Positions 37,284 through 47,933 of a stretch of DNA of 64,000 nucleotides are shown in pieces. Source of the stretch: an uncultured Alphaproteobacteria bacterium (GTDB taxonomy: Bacteria > Pseudomonadota > Alphaproteobacteria > RF32 > CAG-239); contig CAJUAK010000006.1 in assembly GCA_910584385.1 (NCBI GenBank), forward strand, positions 41,546 to 105,545, given 5' to 3'. The notes under the pieces are model-generated. The model searched no databases and was not told the origin of the DNA. It saw only the letters and a program-made list of their open reading frames with translations. The translations under genes were made by a program, and so were the position numbers. The first letter of the stretch is position 1, and every line of letters begins with the position of its first letter.

Positions 37284-39528
37284 AATTCAAACGGAAATTT
37301 TCGATTTCGTCGTAGTCTTCCTTAACAATCGGGAAGGCAATATCCACATCAATCTGCCCCATCGGAGACAGCCACTGGAAGCCAAAACCGGCCGCGACGC
37401 GAGGGCTGTCAGAGTAATTGACATAACGTTCATCTATGCCGTCCGGCTTGCCCAACATACCGGCATCAACGAAAGTCCTTCCCCGAATGCCCAATTCATC
37501 CAAGCCTATCGGGAAGCTCATTTCCGCTCCGGTATATAACATCCAGTTACCGCCTAAAGCATCACCGGTGTATTTATCTCTGGCGCCGATACCTGCCGTA
37601 TCAAAACCGCGCATTGTCGACCCGCCAAGATAGTAACGGTTAGACAATCTTACGTTTTCGCCGCCGTAACCGACAATATAGCCGGCATTTGCAAAGAATT
37701 TGAATGTGTAGTAGTCGGCAAGCGTATAATATCTGTATGCCTTTCCATCAAACTTGAAGAATTTTTCATCTCCGCCCAAACCTGCAACATCATTGCCAAA
37801 GGAGAGATAATATCCGTCTCTTGGCGTGATTGCGCTGTCTCTCTTGTCATAAACAGTGGTTTGGCCGATAATGGAACCTGTTGTCTTTCCGGCTTCGTCT
37901 TTAATATACATGGAAGCATCGTCTGCAACATTTTTAATTTCATCCTGGCGAAGCGTATAACGCATTTGCTGAGACAAATCATCCGTGTAATTCCATCCCA
38001 AACGCATTCTGCCGCCCAAGGTATCGCTGTCATATGAAGCTTCATCCTGATAATCGGTTGATGTCGAGAACAAATCAAAACCGGCTCTTAAACGGCGATC
38101 AAGGAAATAAGGCTCCGTGAAGCTGATGTCATATTCGCTGGCACGCTCGGACAAAGACAAATCAACGCCAAGCTGCTGCCCTAAGCCCCTAAAGTTATTT
38201 TCGGTAACGCCAGCCCGGACCAACGCGCCGTTTACGGTTGAATAACCAATGCCGACATTGAAATAGCCTGTTGATTTTTCTTCGACATCGACATTAATAT
38301 CCGCCTTGTTTTCATCGGTGGGTACTGTTTCAATGTTTACCTTGCTGAAATAATTCAAATTTTCAACATTCTTGCGCGAAGCCCGGATTTTTGAAGCGTT
38401 AAAGGCATCGCCTTCTTCAATGCGGAACTCGCGGCGGATTACTTCGTCATGAGTTCTGGTGTTGCCGGTAATGTTAATCCGGTCTACGAAGATGCGGGCG
38501 CCTTCTTTAATGTGGAAGGTTAAATCCAGTTCTCCCGTTTTTGTGTTTTTAACCAATTCCGGTTCCACATCAACAAAAGCATAACCTTTTTTGCCCAATT
38601 CCTCGGTCAGGTTATTTACGCTCTTTTCCACCAAATCTGCATTATACCAATCGCCGTTTTCAATATCGACTTCATCCATCATGGCGCTTGTATCGACATC
38701 AGAAATATCTGAAACGATTTTGATATCTTTAACTTTATAGCGGCTGCCCTCGTCCAAAATATAATTCAAGACGAAAGATTTTTTATCCGGGCTTAATTCG
38801 CCAACCGCAGAAACGACTCGAAAATCGGCATAACCGCGCTTGAGGTAAAAGCGGCGCAAAAGTTCTTTATCATAATTCGTCTTTTCAGGATCATAATTTT
38901 CTGAAGAGGAAAAAATTCTATACCAGCGGGATTCCTTGCTCATGATTTCATTTTGCAAATCGCTGTCCGTGTAATGGTTGTTGCCCATAAAGTTGATTTT
39001 GTTGATGCTGGCAATCGGGCCTTCATCTATTTCATAAACCAAATCGATGCGGTTTTGGTCGCGTTTGATGATTTTGGGTTCGACCACGGCCGCATAACGC
39101 CCGCTTCTTTTATATACATCCAAAATACGCTGCACGTCTTCTTGGACTTTTACCTTGGAATAAATAGAGCGCGGCGCAAGCTGGACTTCCGTTTCCAATA
39201 AAGAATCGTCTATCTTTTCATTTCCGTCAAAAACCCTTTTATTAATCACCGGATTTTCGACAACCTCAACATTCAGCTGGCCATTATTGCTAAAATCAAA
39301 AACAACGTCCGTGAACAAACCTGTTGCATAAAGCTGCTTTAACGAAGCATCCAGTTCATCTTGCGAAACAGCTTTGCCGCTTTCGATATTCAGGTAAGAC
39401 TTCACGGTTTCCGGTTCAACCCGTTCCAAGCCGTTTATTTTAATATCGCGGACGTAAACAGAAGAGGCCTGCAGGCTGGTTGAAAGCATAAGCCCTGACA
39501 TAAATGTAACTAGTCCAAGTTTTTTCAT
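37267..39528 (-). CDS. bamA: outer membrane protein assembly factor BamA
   Basis: 753 aa with a signal peptide, POTRA repeats, a C-terminal beta-barrel and a terminal Phe/Leu. Confidence 0.95.
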   Translation of the reverse strand: MKKLGLVTFMSGLMLSTSLQASSVYVRDIKINGLERVEPETVKSYLNIESGKAVSQDELDASLKQLYATGLFTDVVFDFSNNGQLNVEVVENPVINKRVFDGNEKIDDSLLETEVQLAPRSIYSKVKVQEDVQRILDVYKRSGRYAAVVEPKIIKRDQNRIDLVYEIDEGPIASINKINFMGNNHYTDSDLQNEIMSKESRWYRIFSSSENYDPEKTNYDKELLRRFYLKRGYADFRVVSAVGELSPDKKSFVLNYILDEGSRYKVKDIKIVSDISDVDTSAMMDEVDIENGDWYNADLVEKSVNNLTEELGKKGYAFVDVEPELVKNTKTGELDLTFHIKEGARIFVDRINITGNTRTHDEVIRREFRIEEGDAFNASKIRASRKNVENLNYFSKVNIETVPTDENKADINVDVEEKSTGYFNVGIGYSTVNGALVRAGVTENNFRGLGQQLGVDLSLSERASEYDISFTEPYFLDRRLRAGFDLFSTSTDYQDEASYDSDTLGGRMRLGWNYTDDLSQQMRYTLRQDEIKNVADDASMYIKDEAGKTTGSIIGQTTVYDKRDSAITPRDGYYLSFGNDVAGLGGDEKFFKFDGKAYRYYTLADYYTFKFFANAGYIVGYGGENVRLSNRYYLGGSTMRGFDTAGIGARDKYTGDALGGNWMLYTGAEMSFPIGLDELGIRGRTFVDAGMLGKPDGIDERYVNYSDSPRVAAGFGFQWLSPMGQIDVDIAFPIVKEDYDEIENFRLNFGTRL

Positions 39529-39555
39529 ATTTCTTATCCTTTATAAAACCGGGTT

Positions 39556-40698
39556 CTATGCAAACCAGCGGCGAATCAAACGTGCAAAATCGTTATATGT
39601 GGCAAAAACCATCAAAGCAATAATTAAAAACAGCCCTATTTTGAAAAGCAGGTTTTTAACATTTGCATTCATTTCCCTTCCGGTTATTATTTCAAGCACA
39701 TAAATAACAACATGTCCACCATCTAATACAGGGATTGGGAATAAGTTTATCAGCCCCAGGTTTACAGACAACAACGCCATAAAAATAATGAAGTCGACAA
39801 ACCCGCTTTTTTTCGAGATATCCCCGGACATTTCAGCAATGCGGATAATGCCGCCGACATCTTCTGCGCCGCGCTGCCCGCTAATCATCTGCCCGACACC
39901 GCGAATCGTCATCTCCGTTAAGCGCCAGCTTTCATAGGCACCATCTTTGAGCGCCTGAAGCAGCCCGATATTTTTATACATGACTTCCGTTGTTGTAACC
40001 GAGCGAATTCCGAGCATCGGACGCGGCTGATTGTCAAAGCCGTTTTGTTCTCCCGGAATTTCATAAAGGTCAAAGCTAAACTTCTGTTCTTTTCCGTCCC
40101 TTTCAAGAAGCAATTGAATATGCCTGTCCGGCGTTAAAGCGGCCTCTTTGGCGATGTCGTCAAAAGACGATATTTTCTGCCCGTTAATTTCCAGAATGCG
40201 GTCGCCAGCCTTTAACCCGGCTTTTTCCGCTGCGCCTCCGGCAATCACTTCGCCAACGACAGGCGGAAAATCAACCCTGCCGATAAAATAAAAAACTGAA
40301 GAAAAAACCAAAATGGCAAAAAGATAATTTGCGCCGGGCCCGGCCAGGGCAATCAAAAGCTTTTTCCACGGCTTTTGAAAATCAAAAGCATATTTTTTAT
40401 CTTCTTCGCTTAATTTATCTGCGCTTCCCGTCGTGCTGGAAGCATCTTCATCCCCTAAAAACTGGCAGTAGCCGCCTAAGGGAATCGCTGAAATTTTCCA
40501 GTTTGTGCCGTGAGAATCCGTAAAACCAAACAGCTTTTTGCCAAAGCCGATTGAAAAAGCTTCAACTTTCACGCCGCAAAATCTTGCAACAATAAAATGC
40601 CCAAGCTCATGCACAAAAACCAATATTCCCAGTAAAATTAAAAAAGGGATAACATAATATACGAGATTAACCAACCATTCCATTTTTACATAATCCAC
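39556..40698 (-). CDS. rseP: RIP metalloprotease RseP (site-2 protease)
   Basis: 380 aa with the HELGH zinc motif in TM1 and a PDZ domain. Confidence 0.9.
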   Translation of the reverse strand: MDYVKMEWLVNLVYYVIPFLILLGILVFVHELGHFIVARFCGVKVEAFSIGFGKKLFGFTDSHGTNWKISAIPLGGYCQFLGDEDASSTTGSADKLSEEDKKYAFDFQKPWKKLLIALAGPGANYLFAILVFSSVFYFIGRVDFPPVVGEVIAGGAAEKAGLKAGDRILEINGQKISSFDDIAKEAALTPDRHIQLLLERDGKEQKFSFDLYEIPGEQNGFDNQPRPMLGIRSVTTTEVMYKNIGLLQALKDGAYESWRLTEMTIRGVGQMISGQRGAEDVGGIIRIAEMSGDISKKSGFVDFIIFMALLSVNLGLINLFPIPVLDGGHVVIYVLEIITGREMNANVKNLLFKIGLFLIIALMVFATYNDFARLIRRWFA

Positions 40699-41474
40699 AA
40701 AAAATATCTGAAAATAAAATAGAAAAAAGGCGCTGCAAAAATTAAACCGTCCACTCTGTCAAAAACGCCGCCGTGCCCGGGAATCAGATTGCTTGAGTCT
40801 TTAATTCCCAAACTGCGCTTAATGTGAGATTCAACCAAATCGCCTATTTGGGCAATAAGGGCAAACATCGCCGCCAAAATGCCATAGAAATAAACGCCGT
40901 CCATTACGCCAAAGGCATAACAAAAAGCCGTGCTGGCGATAACGGAAAAAAGCATTCCGCCGATTAACCCCGACCAGGTTTTGTTCGGGCTGACTTTAGG
41001 CGCAAGCTTCGGCCCTTTCAAAGTGCAGCCGACAATATAGCCGCCAATATCCACAAACCAGACAACCAATAAAAACCAAAAAGCGATTTCGGCGCCAAGA
41101 ACCTGATAAATCCACGCAACGGAACCCAAGCCGACAGCAATATAAGGAACGCCCAAGACCAAAAGGTTGCGGCGCAATTCCCCCCTGGCCTGATAGATGG
41201 CAACCGCCGTTCCGCCCAAAACCATCAGCCCTACGGCCAGAGGCGAATCAAGCAGAACCGCCGAAGCAAAGACAATCGTGTACAAAATGCCATAAACTTC
41301 AGGCTTGCGGTTCGGAACCATATGCGCCCATTCCCAGCAAAGCATTGCCCCGAAAACTAAAATCAGCATCTGAACCCACGGATAACCGTAATAAATGGCT
41401 CCTAAAACAATGGGCAGCAAGACCAAAGCCGTCAGGCTGCGTTTCATAAAGGCTTGCATTTTAGACTTTTCCAT
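40686..41474 (-). CDS. cdsA: phosphatidate cytidylyltransferase
   Basis: 262-aa polytopic protein with the C-terminal CTP-transferase signature (SHIKRSLGIKDSSNLIPGHGGVFDRVD). Confidence 0.85.
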   Translation of the reverse strand: MEKSKMQAFMKRSLTALVLLPIVLGAIYYGYPWVQMLILVFGAMLCWEWAHMVPNRKPEVYGILYTIVFASAVLLDSPLAVGLMVLGGTAVAIYQARGELRRNLLVLGVPYIAVGLGSVAWIYQVLGAEIAFWFLLVVWFVDIGGYIVGCTLKGPKLAPKVSPNKTWSGLIGGMLFSVIASTAFCYAFGVMDGVYFYGILAAMFALIAQIGDLVESHIKRSLGIKDSSNLIPGHGGVFDRVDGLIFAAPFFYFIFRYFLWIM

Positions 41475-42171
41475 AGCGTCTCTCCCTCAGGCTGTAGTTT
41501 TGCAATATTTCATTAAATTCTTCTTTGCCAAAATCCGGCCACAAAACATTCGTAAAAGCGAGCTCCGCATAAGCAATCTGCCAAAGCAGATAATTGCTGA
41601 TACGCTGCTCGCCGCTCGTACGTATCAATAAATCCGGATCAGGAATGGTACTGGTATAGAGCATATCTGAAAACATTTTAATATCAATATCTTCAGGCGC
41701 AATATCCCCTCTTTTTGCCAATGCCGCGATTTTCTTTGCAGCAGAAACAATTTCTTGCCGGGAGCCGTAGCTTAAGGCGATGCAAAGCGTTATCTTATCA
41801 TTGTCTGCCGTTTCTTTTTCAAGGCTGTTCATAGCCTGGATGATGTCTTTGTCCAGCATATCGCGTTCGCCGATAAACAGGATGCGCACGCCTTTTTCCT
41901 GCAATTCCCTGAGCTGGCTTTTCAGGTATTGGCGCAGCAAATCCATCAGCGTTTTCACTTCATCTTCCGGACGGTTCCAGTTTTCGGTCGAAAAGGCATA
42001 AAGCGTTAAAAACTTCACGCCGGCTTCGCCTGCCGCCTCAACAATTTTCTTTACGGCCTCTGCCCCTTTTTTATGTCCCATGGAGCGGGGCAGCCCCTTC
42101 TTTTGCGCCCAGCGCCCATTGCCATCCATAATAATGGCCACATGCCGCGGCGGATTTTTTACCTCAGTCAA
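41461..42171 (-). CDS. uppS: undecaprenyl-diphosphate synthase
   Basis: 236 aa with HVAIIMDGNGRWA and the ERR motif. Confidence 0.9.
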   Translation of the reverse strand: MTEVKNPPRHVAIIMDGNGRWAQKKGLPRSMGHKKGAEAVKKIVEAAGEAGVKFLTLYAFSTENWNRPEDEVKTLMDLLRQYLKSQLRELQEKGVRILFIGERDMLDKDIIQAMNSLEKETADNDKITLCIALSYGSRQEIVSAAKKIAALAKRGDIAPEDIDIKMFSDMLYTSTIPDPDLLIRTSGEQRISNYLLWQIAYAELAFTNVLWPDFGKEEFNEILQNYSLRERRYGKV

Positions 42172-42190
42172 AATCTCAGCCCTCTGATAC

Positions 42191-42754
42191 TTATACCTGC
42201 ATGATATCTTTTTCTTTTAAGGCATATTGCTCATCAACTTTTTTGATGGCCTCATCCGTTAATTTCTGGACTTCATTTTCAAAACGCTTTTCTTCATCTT
42301 CGGAAATCAGGTTGTCTTTTTTCAGCTTTTTAATGCCGTCAAGCGCATCACGGCGAATATTCCTTACGGCAACCTTGCTTTGCTCGCTGTACTTGCCGGC
42401 AACTTTGACCAATTCTTTGCGGCGTTCTTCGCTCAACGGGGGAATCGGTATACGGATAAGCTGCCCGTCTGAAACAGGATTTAAGCCTAAATCAGACTCT
42501 CTGATAGATTTTTCTACGGCTTTTGCCAAAGACTTGTCCCATACGCTGACTGACAATGTGCGCGCATCAGGAACGGAAATTGTGGCGACCTGCGCCAAAG
42601 GCGACATGCTGCCATAAGCGTCAACCATAATGGAATCCAACAAGCTTGCGTGGGCACGGCCGGCGCGCAATCCGCCAAAATCGTTTTTCAGCGCTTCTAC
42701 CGTTTTTTCCATCCTTTGTTTGGTGTCATTTCTAATCGTGTCAAAATCAGACAT
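42191..42754 (-). CDS. frr: ribosome recycling factor
   Basis: Start is set at the internal Met (MSDFDTIRNDTKQRMEKTVEALK...); the longer ORF is probably not translated. Adjacent to pyrH. Confidence 0.9.
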   Translation of the reverse strand: MSDFDTIRNDTKQRMEKTVEALKNDFGGLRAGRAHASLLDSIMVDAYGSMSPLAQVATISVPDARTLSVSVWDKSLAKAVEKSIRESDLGLNPVSDGQLIRIPIPPLSEERRKELVKVAGKYSEQSKVAVRNIRRDALDGIKKLKKDNLISEDEEKRFENEVQKLTDEAIKKVDEQYALKEKDIMQV

Positions 42755-42755
42755 T

Positions 42756-43481
42756 TTATTTTTCCTTTTTATTATCAATAATCGTAAATTTTCCTTCTCC
42801 GGAAACAACCTTTGCCAGGGCATCCGGTTCTGCCTGGCTAAACACGACAACCGGAAGGTTGTTTTCCGCCGCCAAGGATATTGCCGTGGCATCCATAACT
42901 TTCAGATGCTTTTCCAAGACTTCATCATAAGAAACATGCTCATATCTTTTTGCGTTCGGATTGGTTTTCGGGTCAGAATCATAAACACCGTCAACCTGCG
43001 TGGACTTAAGCAGCACATCGCACTGCATTTCCGATGCACGCAGCGCGGCGCCGGTATCCGTCGTGAAATAAGGGTTTCCCGTTCCGCCCGCAAAAATAAT
43101 CACGCGCCCTTTTTCCAGATGGCGCAAAGCCCGGCGATACATATAGCTTTCGCAAACGGCCGGAATGCTTATCCCGGAAAGAACCCTCGCCCCAACGCCG
43201 ATTTTTTCCAAAGCATTTTGCAGATAGAGGGCGTTCATGACCGTTGCCAGCATGCCGACCTGGTCGGCAACTGTCCGGTTCATCCCTTTTGAGGCTTCCT
43301 TTGCGCCGCGGAATATATTTCCTCCGCCGACAACGAGGCAAATTTCGACGCCTTGTTCATGAACGGCTTTAATTTCTTCTGCCAAGCGGCTGATAACCTC
43401 GGCGGACATTCCGTAAGGCTTGTCGCCCATCAGCCCTTCGCCGGAAAGCTTGAGCAGAATGCGCTTATATATCGGTCTCAT
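42756..43481 (-). CDS. pyrH: UMP kinase
   Basis: 241 aa with [10 protein letters not shown] and GGGNIFRG. Confidence 0.9.
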   Translation of the reverse strand: MRPIYKRILLKLSGEGLMGDKPYGMSAEVISRLAEEIKAVHEQGVEICLVVGGGNIFRGAKEASKGMNRTVADQVGMLATVMNALYLQNALEKIGVGARVLSGISIPAVCESYMYRRALRHLEKGRVIIFAGGTGNPYFTTDTGAALRASEMQCDVLLKSTQVDGVYDSDPKTNPNAKRYEHVSYDEVLEKHLKVMDATAISLAAENNLPVVVFSQAEPDALAKVVSGEGKFTIIDNKKEK

Positions 43482-43654
43482 TTGTTGAATCCTTGTTATT
43501 TTTTTGTAATATTAACGTTTTTAATGAGTTTGTCATCATATTTTTCCAGTTTTGCCTATAAAATTTTAAAATGGCATATCTTATAAAAAGCGGTTGTTAT
43601 TTATGCGGGGTAAGTTTATCAATAAATTATGTTAAATTCTCAGGAGGCTTTATT

Positions 43655-44296
43655 ATGACAACAACATTAACTTTTACCTTATGCGCGCTCGGCGGCTATT
43701 TGCTCGGTTCTATCCCTTTTGGATTGGTCTTAACAAGAATGGCCGGGCTTGGGGATTTGCGCAAAATCGGCTCCGGCAACATCGGCGCAACCAATGTTTT
43801 GCGTACCGGACACAAGTGGCTTGCCTTGCTGACCGTGCTTCTTGACGCCTCCAAAGCCGGTTTGGCAGCGCTTATCGCCTTAAAAACCGTTACGCCCGAA
43901 CCTTATGTCTTTTTAAATTTAATGACGAACACCGCCGCCATGGCCTCGCTTATTGCCGGCACGATGGGCGTTATCGGGCATAACTTCCCGGTTTGGCTCA
44001 AATTCAAGGGCGGAAAAGGCGTGGCTTCGGCTTTTGGTTTTATCGTCTTTACTAATCCGCAGCTTGGGCTTATTGCTTTGTTTATCTGGCTGGTTATGGC
44101 TTTTACTTTTAAATATTCTTCTTTATCCGCCCTTACCGCCGCAGCACTGGTTCCGTTTTTTGCCTATTTTATGAATGACCCCGTTTCCAGCATTTTTTAC
44201 ACCTTTACCGCGATATTGGTCATTCTTCGGCATCACGCCAACATTATGCGGCTGATTAAAGGCGAAGAAAGCAAAATCAAACTCAAAAAGAATTAG
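43655..44296 (+). CDS. plsY: glycerol-3-phosphate acyltransferase PlsY
   Basis: Start at the ATG at 43655, preceded by AGGAGG. GSIPFGL and GSGNIGATN motifs. About 213 aa. Confidence 0.85.
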   Translation: MTTTLTFTLCALGGYLLGSIPFGLVLTRMAGLGDLRKIGSGNIGATNVLRTGHKWLALLTVLLDASKAGLAALIALKTVTPEPYVFLNLMTNTAAMASLIAGTMGVIGHNFPVWLKFKGGKGVASAFGFIVFTNPQLGLIALFIWLVMAFTFKYSSLSALTAAALVPFFAYFMNDPVSSIFYTFTAILVILRHHANIMRLIKGEESKIKLKKN

Positions 44297-44298
44297 GA

Positions 44299-45408
44299 AT
44301 GGCTAAAGATAAAGAAATTATAGACATCCTGCAGCTGATTAATTCGGACAATGTCGGGCCGGTTACCTTTCAAAAACTGGTGGAAGCTTACGGAGCGCCG
44401 GCTCTGGCATTAGAAAATATTCACCGGCATAAAAAAATCCGCCTGTTTCCGAGAAAAGCCGCTGAAGCGGAAGCCGCAAAAGCGAAGGCTTTGGGCATCA
44501 GCCTTGTAACTTATGGCGATGACGATTATCCGGACATGCTCCGCAATATTGCCGATGCTCCGCCGCTGCTTTATGCTTTAGGCGACACAAAGCTTTTGAA
44601 TTATCCGGCGACGCTTTCCGTGGTGGGCGCCAGAAATGCTTCTGTCAACGGGCGCAAAACCGCCAGCCGCATGGCTTTTGAATTAACAAACAGCGATGTT
44701 TTAATTATTTCGGGCATGGCTGCCGGCATTGACAGTGCCGCCCATAAAGGCGCCATGTATGCCAAAGGGCAAAAAGGCCCGACAACCGCCGTTCTCGGAA
44801 CGGGAATAGATGTTGTCTATCCGGCGCAAAACCAAGAATTATACAATCAAATTGCCCGGCAAGGCGTTATTATATCCGAATTTCCGCTTGGCACACAGCC
44901 GCAATCCAATAATTTTCCCCGGCGCAACAGAATCGTCGCCGCCCTCGGGCTGGGGACACTGGTCGTTGAAGCCACGCTCCATTCAGGCTCGCTCATTACC
45001 GCGCGTTTGGCTTTGGAACAGGGAAAAGACATCTTTGCCATTCCTGGTTCGCCGAATGAAGCCCGTTCCATGGGGCCAAACAAATTAATTAAAAACGGAG
45101 CCGTCCTGGTTGATGATGCCGACGATATTCTCGGGCACCTGGCGCTTAACAACCAAAAAACTATCAACAGGCTTTCCCGTTGCAAGGCAATGCCAGAGAC
45201 TTCTTTTGTTGCGCCAATAAAGGCACCGCAAATTGATTCCTCTCAAATTTCTATTCTTGACTATCTTAACCATGACGGTGTATATGTGGACGAAGTTATC
45301 AGAGAAAGCGGATTAAGCGCCGCGGAAGTTGCAGCAAAATTGTTAGACCTTGAACTTGAGGGAAGAATCGAATATATGAGCGGCAACAAAGTCGCGCTAA
45401 CCAAATAA
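44299..45408 (+). CDS. dprA: DNA processing protein DprA (Smf)
   Basis: 369 aa with a Rossmann-like DprA core (VVGARNAS, IISGMAAGIDSAAH). Confidence 0.85.
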   Translation: MAKDKEIIDILQLINSDNVGPVTFQKLVEAYGAPALALENIHRHKKIRLFPRKAAEAEAAKAKALGISLVTYGDDDYPDMLRNIADAPPLLYALGDTKLLNYPATLSVVGARNASVNGRKTASRMAFELTNSDVLIISGMAAGIDSAAHKGAMYAKGQKGPTTAVLGTGIDVVYPAQNQELYNQIARQGVIISEFPLGTQPQSNNFPRRNRIVAALGLGTLVVEATLHSGSLITARLALEQGKDIFAIPGSPNEARSMGPNKLIKNGAVLVDDADDILGHLALNNQKTINRLSRCKAMPETSFVAPIKAPQIDSSQISILDYLNHDGVYVDEVIRESGLSAAEVAAKLLDLELEGRIEYMSGNKVALTK

Positions 45409-45422
45409 ATAAGGGTATGGAA

Positions 45423-47873
45423 ATGAAATTAGTCATTGTGGAATCTCCTGCAAAAGCCAAAACAATTAATAAGTATCTGGGAACAGATTACAAAGTTTTA
45501 GCAAGCTTTGGGCATATTCGCGATTTGCCGAGCAAAGACGGTTCCGTTTTGCCGGATGAAGATTTTGCCATGAGCTGGGACTTGAGCGCCGGTGGCAAGA
45601 AACGCCTCAATGACATTATCTCCGCCCTTAAAGAATGTGATACGATTGTCCTCGCCTCCGACCCGGATAGAGAAGGAGAAGCAATCGCCTGGCACATACT
45701 TGAAGAACTTACCGCCCGCAAAAAAATTAAAGATAAAAAAATCGAGCGCGTGGTTTTTCATGAAATTACAAAATCCGCAGTTACAGAGGCTATTAAAAAC
45801 CCCCGCGAAATCGACCAGAATCTGGTTTCGGCCTATCTGGCGCGCCGGGCCTTGGATTATTTGGTGGGATTTACCCTCTCTCCCGTATTATGGCGCAAAC
45901 TTCCAGGCTCAAAATCTGCAGGGCGCGTCCAATCTGTTGCACTCCGCCTGATTTGCGAAAGGGAAACCGAAATCGAAAAATTCAAAGCGGAAGAATATTG
46001 GACAATAGACGTCGACCTTTTAACGAGCACCTCCGCCGTCATTAAATCAAGGTTGGTTAACCTGGATGGCAAAAAGCTTGAAAAATTTGATTTGAACAGC
46101 GAAGAAAAAGCCTTGGAAGCCAAAGCAAAAATTGAGGCTCAGGATTTCCATATCGCTTCAATCGAGCGCAAAAAAGCCAACCGTTACCCCGCGCCGCCTT
46201 TTACGACATCGACTTTGCAGCAGGAAGCTGCCCGCAAGCTCCGCTTTTCTGCAAAGAAAACCATGCAGATTGCTCAAAAGCTTTATGAAGACGGGCTTAT
46301 CACTTATATGCGTACCGATGCGGTTAACCTTTCCAAAGAAGCTATTGCCGCCTGCCGGGATGCCATTTTGAAATATTTTGGAGAATCATACCTTCCCAAA
46401 ACAGCCAAAGAATACAAGACAAAGTCTAAAAATGCCCAAGAAGCGCACGAAGCCATCCGTCCGTCAGACGTAATGAACACGCCTAAAAAAATGGAAACAA
46501 AACTCGATGCCGATGCGCATAAGCTTTATGAACTTATCTGGAAACGCACAGTCGCTTGCCAGATGAATCCTGCCGTTTTGGACAAGGTGGTTATTGATTC
46601 GCTTTCAAAAGACGAGAAAATCTTATTGCGCGCCAACGGACAAGTTATTGAATTTGACGGGTTCTTAAAACTTTACCAGGAAAGCCGCGACGACAGCGAC
46701 GAAGATGATGAAAACCGCATTCTGCCCAATGTCAACGAAGGCGAAAACGTTAATAAAGGCGACATTACCCCAGACCAGCATTTCACAACGCCGCCGCCGC
46801 GGTTTACCGAAGCGAGCCTGGTTAAGAAGCTTGAAGAGCTTGGCATTGGGCGCCCGTCTACTTATGCGACGATTATTGCCGTTTTGCAGGAAAGAAAATA
46901 TGTAAAAGTCGAGAAACTGCGTTTTATTCCGGAAGACCGCGGGCGCATTGTTACCGTCTTTTTAGAAAATTATTTCCGCAAATATGTGGAATATGACTTT
47001 ACGGCGCAGTTGGAGGAATTTCTGGATGATGTTTCCGCCGGCGAAATGGAATGGAAGCGCTTGCTCAAAGGATTTTGGGACAAATTCATCAAGAATGTCG
47101 ACGCCGTCCAGCCTTTGCAGATTTCGGAAGTAATTGACAAGATTGACGAAGCGCTTGCTTACCACCTCTTTCCGCCCAGAGAGGATGGAACGGATCCCCG
47201 CTCCTGCCCTGTCTGCGGAAAAGGCAAATTAAGCGTTAAGCTTGGGAAATTCGGCGCATTTTTGGGATGTTCGGAATATCCGGAATGCAAATACACTAAA
47301 CCTTTGATGGATGTAAACGCCGAAGAAGCCAATGACAAGCCTAAAGCGCCTAACGGCGAAGATAAGGTTTTGGGCGAGATGAACGGCCTGAAAATCTACT
47401 TAAAAAAAGGCCCTTATGGTTATTATGTACAGCTTGGCGAAGATGCGACCGCCACAACGGAAAAGCCTAAACGCTCCGCACTGCCCAAGCCGCTCACGCC
47501 CGAAGACATTACGCTGGAACAGGCACAGCGCCTGCTTAGCCTGCCTTTGGATTTGGGCAACGGCATTGTTGTCAATGTCGGAAAATTCGGCCCTTATATT
47601 AAACAAGGCGCAAAATCACGCTCCTTGCGCGGCAATGATACAATTTTTAACATTACGGTTGAACGCGCCGCAGAACTTTTGCAGAATGTTGCGGAAAAAG
47701 CGCCGACTGTCGTGCTTGCCCAAAAAGACAAACAGGACATTATTTTGGCGCAGGGGCGCTACGGCCCTTATCTGAAATGGGGAAAAGCAAACTTTGCCAT
47801 TCCAAAAGAATTGCGCGGCAAAGAACTGACTGCTGAAGAAGCGTTAAAGATTGTTTCCGCACCCAATAAATAA
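45423..47873 (+). CDS. topA: DNA topoisomerase I
   Basis: TOPRIM domain (LVIVESPAKAKTINKYLG) and C-terminal zinc-ribbon repeats. The second ATG is chosen as the start because of RBS spacing (AAGGG sits 7 nt upstream). Confidence 0.95.
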   Translation: MKLVIVESPAKAKTINKYLGTDYKVLASFGHIRDLPSKDGSVLPDEDFAMSWDLSAGGKKRLNDIISALKECDTIVLASDPDREGEAIAWHILEELTARKKIKDKKIERVVFHEITKSAVTEAIKNPREIDQNLVSAYLARRALDYLVGFTLSPVLWRKLPGSKSAGRVQSVALRLICERETEIEKFKAEEYWTIDVDLLTSTSAVIKSRLVNLDGKKLEKFDLNSEEKALEAKAKIEAQDFHIASIERKKANRYPAPPFTTSTLQQEAARKLRFSAKKTMQIAQKLYEDGLITYMRTDAVNLSKEAIAACRDAILKYFGESYLPKTAKEYKTKSKNAQEAHEAIRPSDVMNTPKKMETKLDADAHKLYELIWKRTVACQMNPAVLDKVVIDSLSKDEKILLRANGQVIEFDGFLKLYQESRDDSDEDDENRILPNVNEGENVNKGDITPDQHFTTPPPRFTEASLVKKLEELGIGRPSTYATIIAVLQERKYVKVEKLRFIPEDRGRIVTVFLENYFRKYVEYDFTAQLEEFLDDVSAGEMEWKRLLKGFWDKFIKNVDAVQPLQISEVIDKIDEALAYHLFPPREDGTDPRSCPVCGKGKLSVKLGKFGAFLGCSEYPECKYTKPLMDVNAEEANDKPKAPNGEDKVLGEMNGLKIYLKKGPYGYYVQLGEDATATTEKPKRSALPKPLTPEDITLEQAQRLLSLPLDLGNGIVVNVGKFGPYIKQGAKSRSLRGNDTIFNITVERAAELLQNVAEKAPTVVLAQKDKQDIILAQGRYGPYLKWGKANFAIPKELRGKELTAEEALKIVSAPNK

Positions 47874-47905
47874 AAAATCCCATACTTCGGACAGAGATTT
47901 TATAA

Positions 47906-47933
47906 AAAACCCCGGATAACTCCGGGGTTTTTC
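47906..47933. terminator. bidirectional terminator between topA and clpX
   Basis: CCCCGGA-TAAC-TCCGGGG hairpin flanked by an A6 and a T5 run. Confidence 0.7.

Noticed and set aside
42630-43292. 220-aa plus-strand ORF spanning the frr and pyrH region.
   Set aside because: It is antisense to two strongly supported housekeeping genes. No RBS or independent support.
45417-45422. The first in-frame ATG of topA (MEMKLVIV...).
   Set aside because: RBS spacing favours the second ATG at 45423. The first ATG lies only 1 nt after the AAGGG.
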